Below, piece after piece: positions 37,278 to 46,335 of a stretch of DNA of 64,000 nucleotides. Under the pieces are notes generated by a model. The model saw nothing but the letters and a program-made list of their open reading frames with translations. It searched no databases and was not told the origin of the DNA. The translations under genes were made by a program, and so were the position numbers. The number at the start of each line of letters is the position of its first letter. The stretch's first letter is position 1. The DNA is from Anaerolineae bacterium (GTDB taxonomy: Bacteria > Chloroflexota > Anaerolineae > Anaerolineales > E44-bin32), in NCBI GenBank assembly GCA_036986135.1, contig BTQZ01000001.1:171857-235856 (forward strand), written 5' to 3'.

Positions 37278-37300
37278 AAGAGCCGCAAGGCTCTTTTTTT
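37278..37300 (+). terminator. Leader terminator/attenuator hairpin 55 nt upstream of pyrC
   Basis: AAGAGCC-GCAA-GGCTCTT followed by a T-run (TTTTTT). It lies between the promoter above and the pyrC ATG at 37355. Confidence 0.55.
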
Positions 37301-37354
37301 CATGAATGATTTGGGCAGCGGATCAATTTTCAAATCGAAGGAAGCTCGCGATCC

Positions 37355-38425
37355 ATGCTTGAACTGCCGGGTCTGATCGATCCGCATGTCCACCTGCGGG
37401 AGCCGGGCGGCATCCACAAAGAGGACTTCGGTACAGGCACTATCGCCGCGCTGGCGGGAGGATTCACGGCGGTGCTGGCGATGCCCAACACGCAGCCTCC
37501 TCTCAACGACTCCGAAAGTTTGGACCTTGCGCAGTCGGCTGCCCGAGAAAATGCGCGCTGTGACTACGGATTGTTTCTCGGCGCGGGAGAGGCAAATGCC
37601 GCGGCTGCCTCCAAGCTGGCGCCCCAGGTCTGCGGGCTCAAGGTTTACATGGACCGCACCTACGGGCCGCTGCGGATGCAGTCGCTTCCCGCGCTGATCG
37701 AGCACTTCAAGAGATGGCCGGGGTCGCGACCGATCGCATGCCACGCCGAGGGCCACAGCCTGGCGGTCGTTTTGGCCATGGCGCACCTGTTCGATCGCCG
37801 AGTGCACATATGTCACGTCAGCACCGCAGTTGAAATCCAGCTCATTCGGCTGGCCAAGGAACGCGGCACTCATGTGACATGCGAGGTCACACCGCATCAC
37901 CTGGTTCTCTCCAAAGCCGATCTCCCCGCGCTAGGCAGTGGAAGGGGCGAAGTACGACCACGCTTGGCGATGCCTGAGGATGTTGTCGCGCTTTGGGAGT
38001 CACTCGAGGTCATCGACTGCTTTGCTACAGATCACGCGCCGCACACACTGGCCGAGAAAGACGGCGAGAAGCCGCCGCCCGGTTTCCCGGGCCTCGAAAC
38101 CGCACTGAGCCTGATGCTGAATGCGGTCCGTGAAGGCCGGTTGGGCATGGACGGCCTGGTGCTGCGTATGCACACTAATCCACAGCGCATTTTCGATTTG
38201 CCACCGCAACCGGATACTCGGATCGAAGTAGACCACGACCATTTCTGGGAAGTCCGTGGCGCCGAGCTGCAAAGCCGCAGCGGTTGGAGTCCGTTTGAAG
38301 GAATGAAACTGCGTGGGCGCGTTCGCCGCGTGCACCTGCGCGGCCAACCAGCATACGAGGATGGGCAGGCGCTTGCGCCGCCCGGATACGGACGCGATTT
38401 GATTTCCACACCCGTTCCCGCCTGA
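37355..38425 (+). CDS. pyrC: Dihydroorotase, short CAD-like form (356 aa)
   Basis: Starts [19 protein letters not shown].HKEDF and contains MPNTQPP, DHAPH and [10 protein letters not shown]. An in-frame stop at 37307 excludes a longer N-terminus. Confidence 0.9.
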   Translation: [356 protein letters not shown]

Positions 38426-38437
38426 AAGGAGGCACCT

Positions 38438-39436
38438 ATGGCTACATTCGTACCCGCTACCGAGCGCCGGACCAGAAGCCCACACCTGCCCTTTGGGGAC
38501 CGACGAGACGGTCCGTTCTATGGAATGGATATCCTCTCGGTCCTGCAATTCCGAAGGGAGGACCTGGAGTACATCTTTGGCGTGGCGAGGGAAATGCGCT
38601 CCATGGTGGAACGCATCGGCACCTTCGATCTGCTCAAGGGAAAGATCCTGGCGAATCTCTTCTACGAACCCTCCACCCGAACATCGTCCTCATTTCTTGC
38701 CGCGATGGAGCGGCTGGGGGGAAGTGTGATTCCGATCAATGAGGTCACTTATTCCTCCGTGGCAAAGGGGGAGTCGCTGCCGGACACCGTACGCACGCTG
38801 CAGACCTATGCGGATGTGATCGTACTGCGTCACCCGGAGGTCGGCGCCGCCAAGCTGGCCGCTCAATACACCACCAAGCCGATCATCAATGCCGGGGATG
38901 GGATCGGCGAGCATCCAACTCAGGCGCTGCTCGATCTCTTCACCATCCAAGAGGAGTTGGGGCAAGTTGATGGACTGACGGTCACCATGCTGGGCGACCT
39001 CAAGTTCGGGCGCACTGTGCACTCTCTTTCCCGATTGCTGTCGATGTTTGACGTTCGCATCAACCTCGTTTCCCCTGACATCCTGAGCATGCCTCCTGAA
39101 CTGCTGACGGAGCTGACCCGAGAGGGGATGGAACAACGGGCACACACGACGCTGTCACCGGTTCTGCCGGAGACAGACGTGCTCTACGTCACGCGGGTGC
39201 AGAAGGAGCGCTTTGAAGATCTGGACGACTACGAAGCGGTGAAGGATGCCTATGTGATCTCGCCGGAAGTGCTGGCCGAGGCAAAAGACGAAATGATCGT
39301 CATGCATCCCTTCCCGCGGGTGGGAGAGATCAGCATGGAGGTCGACGACGATCCACGCGCGGCATACTTCCGCCAAATGGAATACGGCTTGTACGTTCGC
39401 ATGGCGCTGCTAGCGATGGTGCTCGGGAAAGCATAG
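38438..39436 (+). CDS. pyrB: Aspartate carbamoyltransferase catalytic chain
   Basis: Motifs [27 protein letters not shown] and HPFPRV. AAGGAGG lies 5 nt upstream of the ATG at 38438, giving a 29-aa N-terminal extension relative to MDILSV. Confidence 0.9.
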   Translation: MATFVPATERRTRSPHLPFGDRRDGPFYGMDILSVLQFRREDLEYIFGVAREMRSMVERIGTFDLLKGKILANLFYEPSTRTSSSFLAAMERLGGSVIPINEVTYSSVAKGESLPDTVRTLQTYADVIVLRHPEVGAAKLAAQYTTKPIINAGDGIGEHPTQALLDLFTIQEELGQVDGLTVTMLGDLKFGRTVHSLSRLLSMFDVRINLVSPDILSMPPELLTELTREGMEQRAHTTLSPVLPETDVLYVTRVQKERFEDLDDYEAVKDAYVISPEVLAEAKDEMIVMHPFPRVGEISMEVDDDPRAAYFRQMEYGLYVRMALLAMVLGKA

Positions 39437-39455
39437 GCGATCCGGCAGGAGAGCA

Positions 39456-40970
39456 GTGGACATGACATCCTTCTTTTCCCGCCTCACCGACCGCGCCCAG
39501 GCGGCAGATTCGCTGCTGTGCGTGGGGCTCGATCCGCATCCTGAGTTGTTGGGGGATCCTTCCGCGGCGGCCGCGCGCGACTTCTGCCTCAAGCTCATCG
39601 AGGCCACTGCTGATTTCGCCTGCGCATTCAAGCCCAACAGCGCCTTCTTCGAAGTCTTTGGTGCGCCGGGGTGGGCTGCACTGGGGGATGTGATCGCGAG
39701 AGTGCCGGAAGAAATCCCGGTGATCCTGGACGCTAAGCGGGGGGATATCGCTTCGACCGCGCGCCAATACGCGCGGGCGGCCTTCGTGTCGCTCGGCGCC
39801 GACGCGCTGACCGTGAACCCCTATTTGGGTCATGATGCGGTCGAGCCATTCATCGAAGATCGAGCTCGCGGGATATTCCTGCTTTGTAAGACCTCCAATC
39901 CGGGATCGGATGACTTTCAGTCTCTCGAAGAGGGCGGCGAGGCGATCTACCTCCATGTGGCTCGGGCGGCCGAGCAATGGAATAAGAAGGACAACGTGGG
40001 CCTGGTCGTCGGCGCAACGGATCCTGTGGCGTTGGCGGCGGTTCGCTCGGTCGCTCCTCGGCTCTGGATCCTGGCGCCGGGCGTGGGATCGCAGGGGGGG
40101 GATCTCGAAGTAGCGCTGCGCTCCGGATTGCGTCCGGACGGGCTCGGGATGCTGATCGCTGTCTCGCGCGGCATTGCCGCCGCGTCCTCCCCGCGGGAGG
40201 AGGCGGCGCGCTTGCGGGAGGCCATCCATCGCGTCCGATCAACGCATTTAGATTCCAGTGGCGGGAACACAGTCTCAGTGCTTCTCACACCGGCGGCCAC
40301 CCATCGCGTTCGCCCGACTTATTTGCAGCCCGGCAGCCGCTCGGCGCCTACCTCGGGGACCCTCAACCAAGAGCAAGCAGCTCTAGCGGATGCAATCCTG
40401 GGTGCCGGATGCGCGAGGTTCGGCGATTTCGAACTAAAGTCCGGCGAGCGCTCGCCGATCTATTTCGATCTTCGCCTGCTGGCGGGGCATCCCAAGCTGC
40501 TCTCCCGTGTTGCAGGCGCATATCTTCCTATCCTGCAGCGGCTCACTTTCGACCGGCTGGCGGCAGTGCCGTATGCGGGATTGCCGATCGCCACTGCCAT
40601 CGCGCTGCAATCGGTCCGGCCATTGATCTATCCCCGGAAGGAAGTGAAAGAGTACGGCACCAAAGCTACTGTCGAGGGCGGTTTTGAACCCGGCGATATT
40701 GCAGTATTGATCGACGACCTCACAACAAGCGGGGGCAGCAAGTTCGAAGCGGTTGATAAACTCACGGCAGCCGGGCTGGAAGTGCGGGACGTGGTCGTAT
40801 TGATCGACCGACAAGCGGGGGCGAGTGAGGCACTGCTTGCGGCAGGTCTTAAATTGCACTCGGTGTTCACGCTCCGACAGTTGATCGGGCACTGGACCAC
40901 TTCAGGTATCCTCAATGAGGGCATGCTGGCAAAACTTGAAGAGTTCCTCGCTCGAGAGGCCACGGGTTGA
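39456..40970 (+). CDS. pyrF-pyrE: Bifunctional OMP decarboxylase (type 2) :: orotate phosphoribosyltransferase
   Basis: The N-terminal half has LCVGLDPH and LDAKRGDI. A linker of about 50 aa follows. The C-terminal half has FELKSGERSPIYFD and VLIDDLTTSGGS. Confidence 0.85.
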   Translation: MDMTSFFSRLTDRAQAADSLLCVGLDPHPELLGDPSAAAARDFCLKLIEATADFACAFKPNSAFFEVFGAPGWAALGDVIARVPEEIPVILDAKRGDIASTARQYARAAFVSLGADALTVNPYLGHDAVEPFIEDRARGIFLLCKTSNPGSDDFQSLEEGGEAIYLHVARAAEQWNKKDNVGLVVGATDPVALAAVRSVAPRLWILAPGVGSQGGDLEVALRSGLRPDGLGMLIAVSRGIAAASSPREEAARLREAIHRVRSTHLDSSGGNTVSVLLTPAATHRVRPTYLQPGSRSAPTSGTLNQEQAALADAILGAGCARFGDFELKSGERSPIYFDLRLLAGHPKLLSRVAGAYLPILQRLTFDRLAAVPYAGLPIATAIALQSVRPLIYPRKEVKEYGTKATVEGGFEPGDIAVLIDDLTTSGGSKFEAVDKLTAAGLEVRDVVVLIDRQAGASEALLAAGLKLHSVFTLRQLIGHWTTSGILNEGMLAKLEEFLAREATG

Positions 40971-41358
40971 GCTCAGCTCAGGTCGTCAGCCCGCGGCCGG
41001 CAACCGCTAGGTTCCAAGCATAATCACGAAATCATCGAGAAGAATCGCTGCGTAGATGTGATGATTTAGTGCGATCAAGGCGAGAAATGGCAGGGTCCAA
41101 CAGGTCAGGGAAGGTCCACCTATTGGCGAACTTGTGAAACTCGTTTTCTCAGGAACGGATCCTAGCGGCTACTACGTGGCGACCGCCGACATTTAGAGCA
41201 CGCCATTGAACTCAACGAAGGAAACAACTCTAAAGACTCTCATGCTCCAACAGCCACGCCGCCTCCACTTTGACTAACACACCCGATCCTGCAGAGCCCG
41301 AAGGAACAGATGTTCAGTCTTGAGATAAGAATGTGTTTAGGAGATGAAAGGAGATCGT

Positions 41359-41832
41359 ATGTCCAGAAACCTTACTTTGGCATCGCTGGCAGTTGTCTTG
41401 TTGGGCGCGTGTGCCACACCGGCCCCCACGCTCCCAGCCACGGACCTGCAGCATCCACTCGTCATCCGGGTATTCAAATCGCCCACTTGAGGATGCTGCG
41501 GCGGTTGGGTTCAATATATGGAACAGAATGGCTTTACTGTGGCCGCCGAAGAGGTCCAGGACTTGGCCGCAGTAGAGGCTCGTTATCTAGTCCCTAAAGA
41601 ACTCCAATCTTGCCACATTGCCATCGTAGATGGCTATATCATTGAAGGTCACGTGCCCGCGGCAGAGGTCCAGCGAATGTTGGATGAGCGCCCTGACATC
41701 ATTGGGCTAGCAGTAGTGGGGATGCCTCTGGGTTCACCGGGCATGGGTGGTGAGGGTTCTGCATCCGAGCCGTTCGATGTAATCGCCTTTGGTCAGGCTG
41801 GCCGAATTGAGGTATTCGCAAGCTATCCTTAG
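41359..41832 (+). CDS. CopG/DUF411-family metal-binding lipoprotein with an in-frame TGA at codon 44 (selenocysteine or nonsense)
   Basis: SD AAAGGAG, then the lipobox signal LLGAC. The sequence reads VFKSPT-TGA-GCCGGW, where the family has KSPxCGCC. Downstream are SCHIAIVDGYIIEGHVPA and GMPLGSPGM. The track lists only 41518..41832. Confidence 0.6.
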
Positions 41833-41937
41833 TGCTTTGGCGCGGCGATCCTTGTGCCTCGCGGCATAACCATCAGCAGGAGCCCGCTCCGCTTCGCTCC
41901 AATGACGGGCGGGCCTGGCCTGAGTGATGAACCTCGA

Positions 41938-43341
41938 ATGCGAACAGTGACAGGCATACCGATCCTGGCGCTCATGGCACTGTCTTTGGCTGCGGCGAGC
42001 TGCAGACCCGAAGCGAAGGTGCAGACAGCGCCGAGCGTGCCTCGAGTAGAGTCGGGAGGCGAGGGGACCTTGAAGCCTGGACCGAAGGTCACCGATTCGC
42101 CAGGTCCTCGCGCGACCTCGGCTGAAGCAGGACTCCCTTCCTCTGGCTTTACCTACCAGCAACCAGATGGCAACCGCCTCGCTGCTGGAAAGGGGCAGTT
42201 GCCTGACATCGAGCCTCGGGACCTCGCGCTGGATGGACGACCATTGTGGCTGGTCGCGGCGCCTTTGGGAGAGGGAAGCATCTGGGTGGCGATCCTGGAT
42301 GACGGGCGCGCCGAGGCGTTTCATATCGTCGGGGACACTGTGAAACCGATCGCCGTCGAGCCGCCAAGGTTGTCTCCCGGAATGCCTCCCATGCTCGTGG
42401 TAGAGGATGGTTCCCCGCGGCTCCTGACAGGTCCAGAGAACGATGCATCCATCTTGACTCACGCCGTAAGAATAGCGCCTCCCATTGATTCCTCGGCCTA
42501 CATAACCGGTGCGGGCGACTTGGCGATTGAGAAGAGTGGAGAACGGGTTCGGATCGCGGTGAATGCCTTGCCGGACGCGCGTTTGCTGATGGACGAGTTT
42601 GGGCGATTGCTGCTGTTGTCGGACCCGACAACCCGATACGGGCATGGCGTGCTTGGAGATGAACTCGAAGCTGGCAGCATCACAATGGTGGAAACTGTGC
42701 CGTCGCCACGCGTTTCTCTTCGGCTGGAGATCGAGCCTGAGAAGGTAATTGAAGGGATTGCCCCCATTTGGGCCGATCTAGATGGAGATGGGGCTCGAGA
42801 GATCATCGTTACAGAAAGCGACGCGGATCAGGGAGCTCAGATCGTCGCCTATGACGAACGGGGGATTCGCGTGGCTGCCGGCCCGGCCATCGGGGCCGGA
42901 TCTCGATGGCGTCACCAGCTCGCGGTTGCGCCTTTCGGACCGAACGGAGAGCTAGAGTTGGCCAGCGTGCTCACTCCGCATATCGGCGGGGTCGTGGAGT
43001 TCTACCAGATGCGCGGAGATAGGCTGGAGATCGTGGCCCGAGTACCCGGATACAGCTCACATGCCATCGGTTCCCGAAATCTTGACATGGCGATTGCTGG
43101 GGATCTAGATGGAGACGGTCGTATCGAGCTGCTGGTGCCAGACCAGGCGCAGGAAATCCTAGGAGCGATCCGCCGTAATAGCGAAGGGGCTGAGGCAGTG
43201 TGGTCGATCCCAATAGGGGGGAAACTGAGCTCAAACCTTGCGGCAGTGGCTTTCCCAAATGGGGATATGGCTGTCGGCGTAGGTCGCGAGGACGGTGTCC
43301 TGAGGCTCTGGCTTCCAACGAATTGGCGTCTGGCTGAGTAG
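41938..43341 (+). CDS. FG-GAP/VCBS-repeat lipoprotein
   Basis: Signal MRTVTGIPILALMALSLAAASC. Repeats include ADLDGDGAREIIV and AGDLDGDGRIELLV. Confidence 0.65.
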   Translation: MRTVTGIPILALMALSLAAASCRPEAKVQTAPSVPRVESGGEGTLKPGPKVTDSPGPRATSAEAGLPSSGFTYQQPDGNRLAAGKGQLPDIEPRDLALDGRPLWLVAAPLGEGSIWVAILDDGRAEAFHIVGDTVKPIAVEPPRLSPGMPPMLVVEDGSPRLLTGPENDASILTHAVRIAPPIDSSAYITGAGDLAIEKSGERVRIAVNALPDARLLMDEFGRLLLLSDPTTRYGHGVLGDELEAGSITMVETVPSPRVSLRLEIEPEKVIEGIAPIWADLDGDGAREIIVTESDADQGAQIVAYDERGIRVAAGPAIGAGSRWRHQLAVAPFGPNGELELASVLTPHIGGVVEFYQMRGDRLEIVARVPGYSSHAIGSRNLDMAIAGDLDGDGRIELLVPDQAQEILGAIRRNSEGAEAVWSIPIGGKLSSNLAAVAFPNGDMAVGVGREDGVLRLWLPTNWRLAE

Positions 43342-43397
43342 AGGCTAGAGGAATGAGCGGGACGAAATCGGTTAATCTGGGCCTCTGCGCCGGTCTG

Positions 43398-44573
43398 CTA
43401 CGCGATAAGTTCTTCGATCGGTCGCTCCAAGGTCAAAAGGTCAGGCTCATGATGGAGCACCTCACCATGCGCCCTGTCCTCCGATCTATGCCACCTCTCC
43501 GTTAGTAACACCCTGCCCGTTTCATCGCGGTAGCTGATCGTCAGCGCTTCGTCATTGAATTCAAGGAAGGCGAATCCGCAGTAGCCCACCTCGGTCCCGT
43601 CGACGCTGCCGGAAGACCGTCGATCGTGGGCCACCAGATTTCGATCCCGCTTGATTGGTGAATGGATGTCCTCAATGGGCATGCCCCCATGGCCTATACA
43701 TCGGGCACGGACACGGGGAGCCTTCGGGTGAGCTTGATATTCTCCATAGGCCGCAAGTCGATGCTCGTGGCCCCAAAACCAGAGCAAATACCTCGGATCA
43801 TTTCCCAGTTCACTCCCGAATCGCCTGTACTCGAGATCGAAACTGCTGAAACATTGGTGATGTGACAGCAGAATGATCGGCCTGGAATCGTTCGAGCCCA
43901 GAATGTTTTCTTTGAGCCACTGCAGATTGTGTGCATGCAGATGGATCCACCACGGAATCAGCTCAAGCACTGGGATCAACCGGGATGAATAACCGCTATC
44001 AAGCGCCACGACGCGCCAATGCTCGTTTTCAAGACAAAAGAAGCTTGCCTCCTGTCCGAAGTGCTTTTTAATGGAATTGAAGTAGGCGTGGCCGCCCGAA
44101 TACATCTCGTGGTTGCCGTTTAGCGCATAGCTCGGCAAAGCGGTGATTTCCTCCGTCCGGCGCAAGGAGCCTCTTGGCCAATCATCTTCCCCCACGAAGT
44201 ATTCGTCGAATTCCTCCTGCTTACCGGTGAAATAGACATCCCCCAAGTGGATCGTAATATCCGGCTCCAGCTCCTTCATCTCATACCTGACGCGGTAGGC
44301 ACTAATGGTGCCGCTCCCCCAATCTCCGGCGAGGCCGATCTTGACGGAATTCGGCATGACATGAATTCCGGCGCGGGGATTTGACAGGTCGTACTCTGGG
44401 AACGGGTGCTTGCCCCTGAGAACCGTCGCGAGGTAGTCGGCCAGCCATATCAAGAAGGATCCCTTCAAGAGATCGCCCTTGTAGCGGACGTTGTGCGTCA
44501 GCTGCAGCGAGCGAGCACAATCGCGGGGCGTCTTGAGCATTTCAGCCATGCTGCGCTTTTCCTGGATTTCCAT
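43398..44573 (-). CDS. Calcineurin-like metallophosphoesterase
   Basis: Motifs GDWG, GDVYF, GNHE and GHEH. Confidence 0.8.
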   Translation of the reverse strand: MEIQEKRSMAEMLKTPRDCARSLQLTHNVRYKGDLLKGSFLIWLADYLATVLRGKHPFPEYDLSNPRAGIHVMPNSVKIGLAGDWGSGTISAYRVRYEMKELEPDITIHLGDVYFTGKQEEFDEYFVGEDDWPRGSLRRTEEITALPSYALNGNHEMYSGGHAYFNSIKKHFGQEASFFCLENEHWRVVALDSGYSSRLIPVLELIPWWIHLHAHNLQWLKENILGSNDSRPIILLSHHQCFSSFDLEYRRFGSELGNDPRYLLWFWGHEHRLAAYGEYQAHPKAPRVRARCIGHGGMPIEDIHSPIKRDRNLVAHDRRSSGSVDGTEVGYCGFAFLEFNDEALTISYRDETGRVLLTERWHRSEDRAHGEVLHHEPDLLTLERPIEELIA

Positions 44574-44742
44574 TGGGCCGCTTTCACCTCCGCGCTCATT
44601 CTATCCCGGGTTGACAAACGAACGGAAACGTCCAATATCGACAAGTAGGCCTTCGCTCCTGTTATCTCGATGATGGTAGCATCCCCCGAATGCTAGCCGG
44701 TCATGCTCTTTGTTAGTCCAGCCGGTATCTTGAGCAGGAGGA

Positions 44743-45162
44743 ATGCATTCAATGTCAGAGCTAAAGACCCAAAAGAACGACGCGAACGTAGAAGGTTTCC
44801 TCAACCGCGTGGAAAATGAGAAGCGGCGGGCGGATAGCTTCGTGGTTCTGGAACTCATGAAGGAGGTCACCGGCGAAGAGCCCGCCATGTGGGGAACCAG
44901 CATAGTTGGATTCGGCAGCTATCACTACAAGTACGCCAGCGGCCGGGAAGGCGACTGGTTCGTAGTTGGTTTCTCCCCGCGCAAGCAAAATATGACGCTG
45001 TATTTCATGGATGGCTTCGACAACCACAACGCATTGCTGGGAGAGTTGGGAAAGCACAAGAGCGGGAAGTCCTGCCTTTACATCAACAAGCTGGAAGACG
45101 TTGACCAGGCGGTCTTGAAGGAATTGGTCAGGCAATCCGTCGAGTCTGTCTCGCGGAAGTAA
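44743..45162 (+). CDS. DUF1801 (YdhG-like) protein
   Basis: 139 aa with family-like motifs MWGTSIVGFGSYHYKYASGREGDW and SPRKQNMTLY. Confidence 0.65.
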   Translation: MHSMSELKTQKNDANVEGFLNRVENEKRRADSFVVLELMKEVTGEEPAMWGTSIVGFGSYHYKYASGREGDWFVVGFSPRKQNMTLYFMDGFDNHNALLGELGKHKSGKSCLYINKLEDVDQAVLKELVRQSVESVSRK

Positions 45163-45253
45163 TTCGCTCCCGATCCAATAACAGCCGCTAACCTTGACCG
45201 GGCGCCGAGCGCGCACTTAGAATTCCGTGTTCTTCGGTGTTGGGTGATTCCTA

Positions 45254-46123
45254 TTGATCCAAAATACTATGCTGCGTCCCGGCCGCTGGATATTCTTGAT
45301 GTTCCTGCTTCTGCTCGCAGGATGTGGCTTGTCAGAGGACTCTGTCGAGCAGTCGCTCGGTGCCGATGACCCGTCGCTCGTAAGTACGCCACAGCCGCAG
45401 GTGGAGCAAACCGTCTCGGTTATCTATGCGACGGAAACGGCTAATCCGAGCCCGACCCCTTCAGCTACGCCTACCCTACCACCCACGGAGACACCGACCT
45501 CCACGCCGGAACCTGTGTACATTGGTGTGTCCGCCCCCACCAATTGCAGAGTGGGGCCCGGGGTCAGGTATCAGAAGACCGGCACGCTCCTCATCGAGGC
45601 CACCGCCGAGGTCGTTGCCAAAAGCTCAACGCTTAATTTCTGGTACATCGCTAACCCGGACCGATCGGGTGAATACTGCTGGCTATGGGGGAAATACGCG
45701 AGCATCGAAGGAGACGCGGAGGTGCTTCCGGTCTATACGCCTCCTCCCAGTCCCACGCCGAGCCCAGCCTTCACCATGAGCCTGGATGGGTTCTTCACGT
45801 GTGAGGGAGACGAGTATATAGTCTTCAAGATCCACAATCCGACTCAAATCACCTACATGACTGCACAGCGGCATCTGATCGACCTCGATACTTCGAAAGA
45901 TCTCTACGGGCCCGCGCTGGATCGTTATCCCTTTGCGCCCGGTCCCCGCGATTGTCCTCCGGGGCACGAGAACGAAATCTACCCCGATCGCGTCGCATAC
46001 ATTTATGTGCCCCTTCGCGGCGCGGAGAGCGGGCATGGAGTGCGTGCGATCATCATGGTTTGCACCGAGGACTACCTGGGGGGAGATTGTTGGGCGAATG
46101 CGGCCGACATTAGGATTCCATAG
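45254..46123 (+). CDS. Secreted lipoprotein with a Pro/Thr-rich linker and an SH3b-like domain
   Basis: Lipobox LLLLAGC, a PT-rich low-complexity region, then CRVGPGVRYQKTG...WYIAN. Confidence 0.5.
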   Translation: MIQNTMLRPGRWIFLMFLLLLAGCGLSEDSVEQSLGADDPSLVSTPQPQVEQTVSVIYATETANPSPTPSATPTLPPTETPTSTPEPVYIGVSAPTNCRVGPGVRYQKTGTLLIEATAEVVAKSSTLNFWYIANPDRSGEYCWLWGKYASIEGDAEVLPVYTPPPSPTPSPAFTMSLDGFFTCEGDEYIVFKIHNPTQITYMTAQRHLIDLDTSKDLYGPALDRYPFAPGPRDCPPGHENEIYPDRVAYIYVPLRGAESGHGVRAIIMVCTEDYLGGDCWANAADIRIP

Positions 46124-46335
46124 CCCGGCGCTAAGCGAAATGTACCCACAGCCTTTGATATCCCAACAAATCCCCAAAACTGCATCGACTGCTCACTAGG
46201 ATATGCGGGATTCTTCATTCGTGCGTTCCCCATGCCAAGGTAAGCCAACACCCGGATCGGATAGGAGCCGGTAGGATAGACTACTAGCGGCTGCTTGCGA
46301 ATACAATCCAAAGTAGTGAATCTGAGAAGGTTTAC

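Noticed and set aside
41095-41120. CAGGUCAGGGAAGGUCC in the 388-nt gap upstream of the DUF411 gene resembles SRP RNA domain IV (CAGGUCAGGUCCGGAAGGAAGCAGC).
   Set aside because: The two GGUCC copies are direct repeats, not inverted ones. There is no AGCAGC strand and no closing helix, so the segment is unlikely to be ffs.
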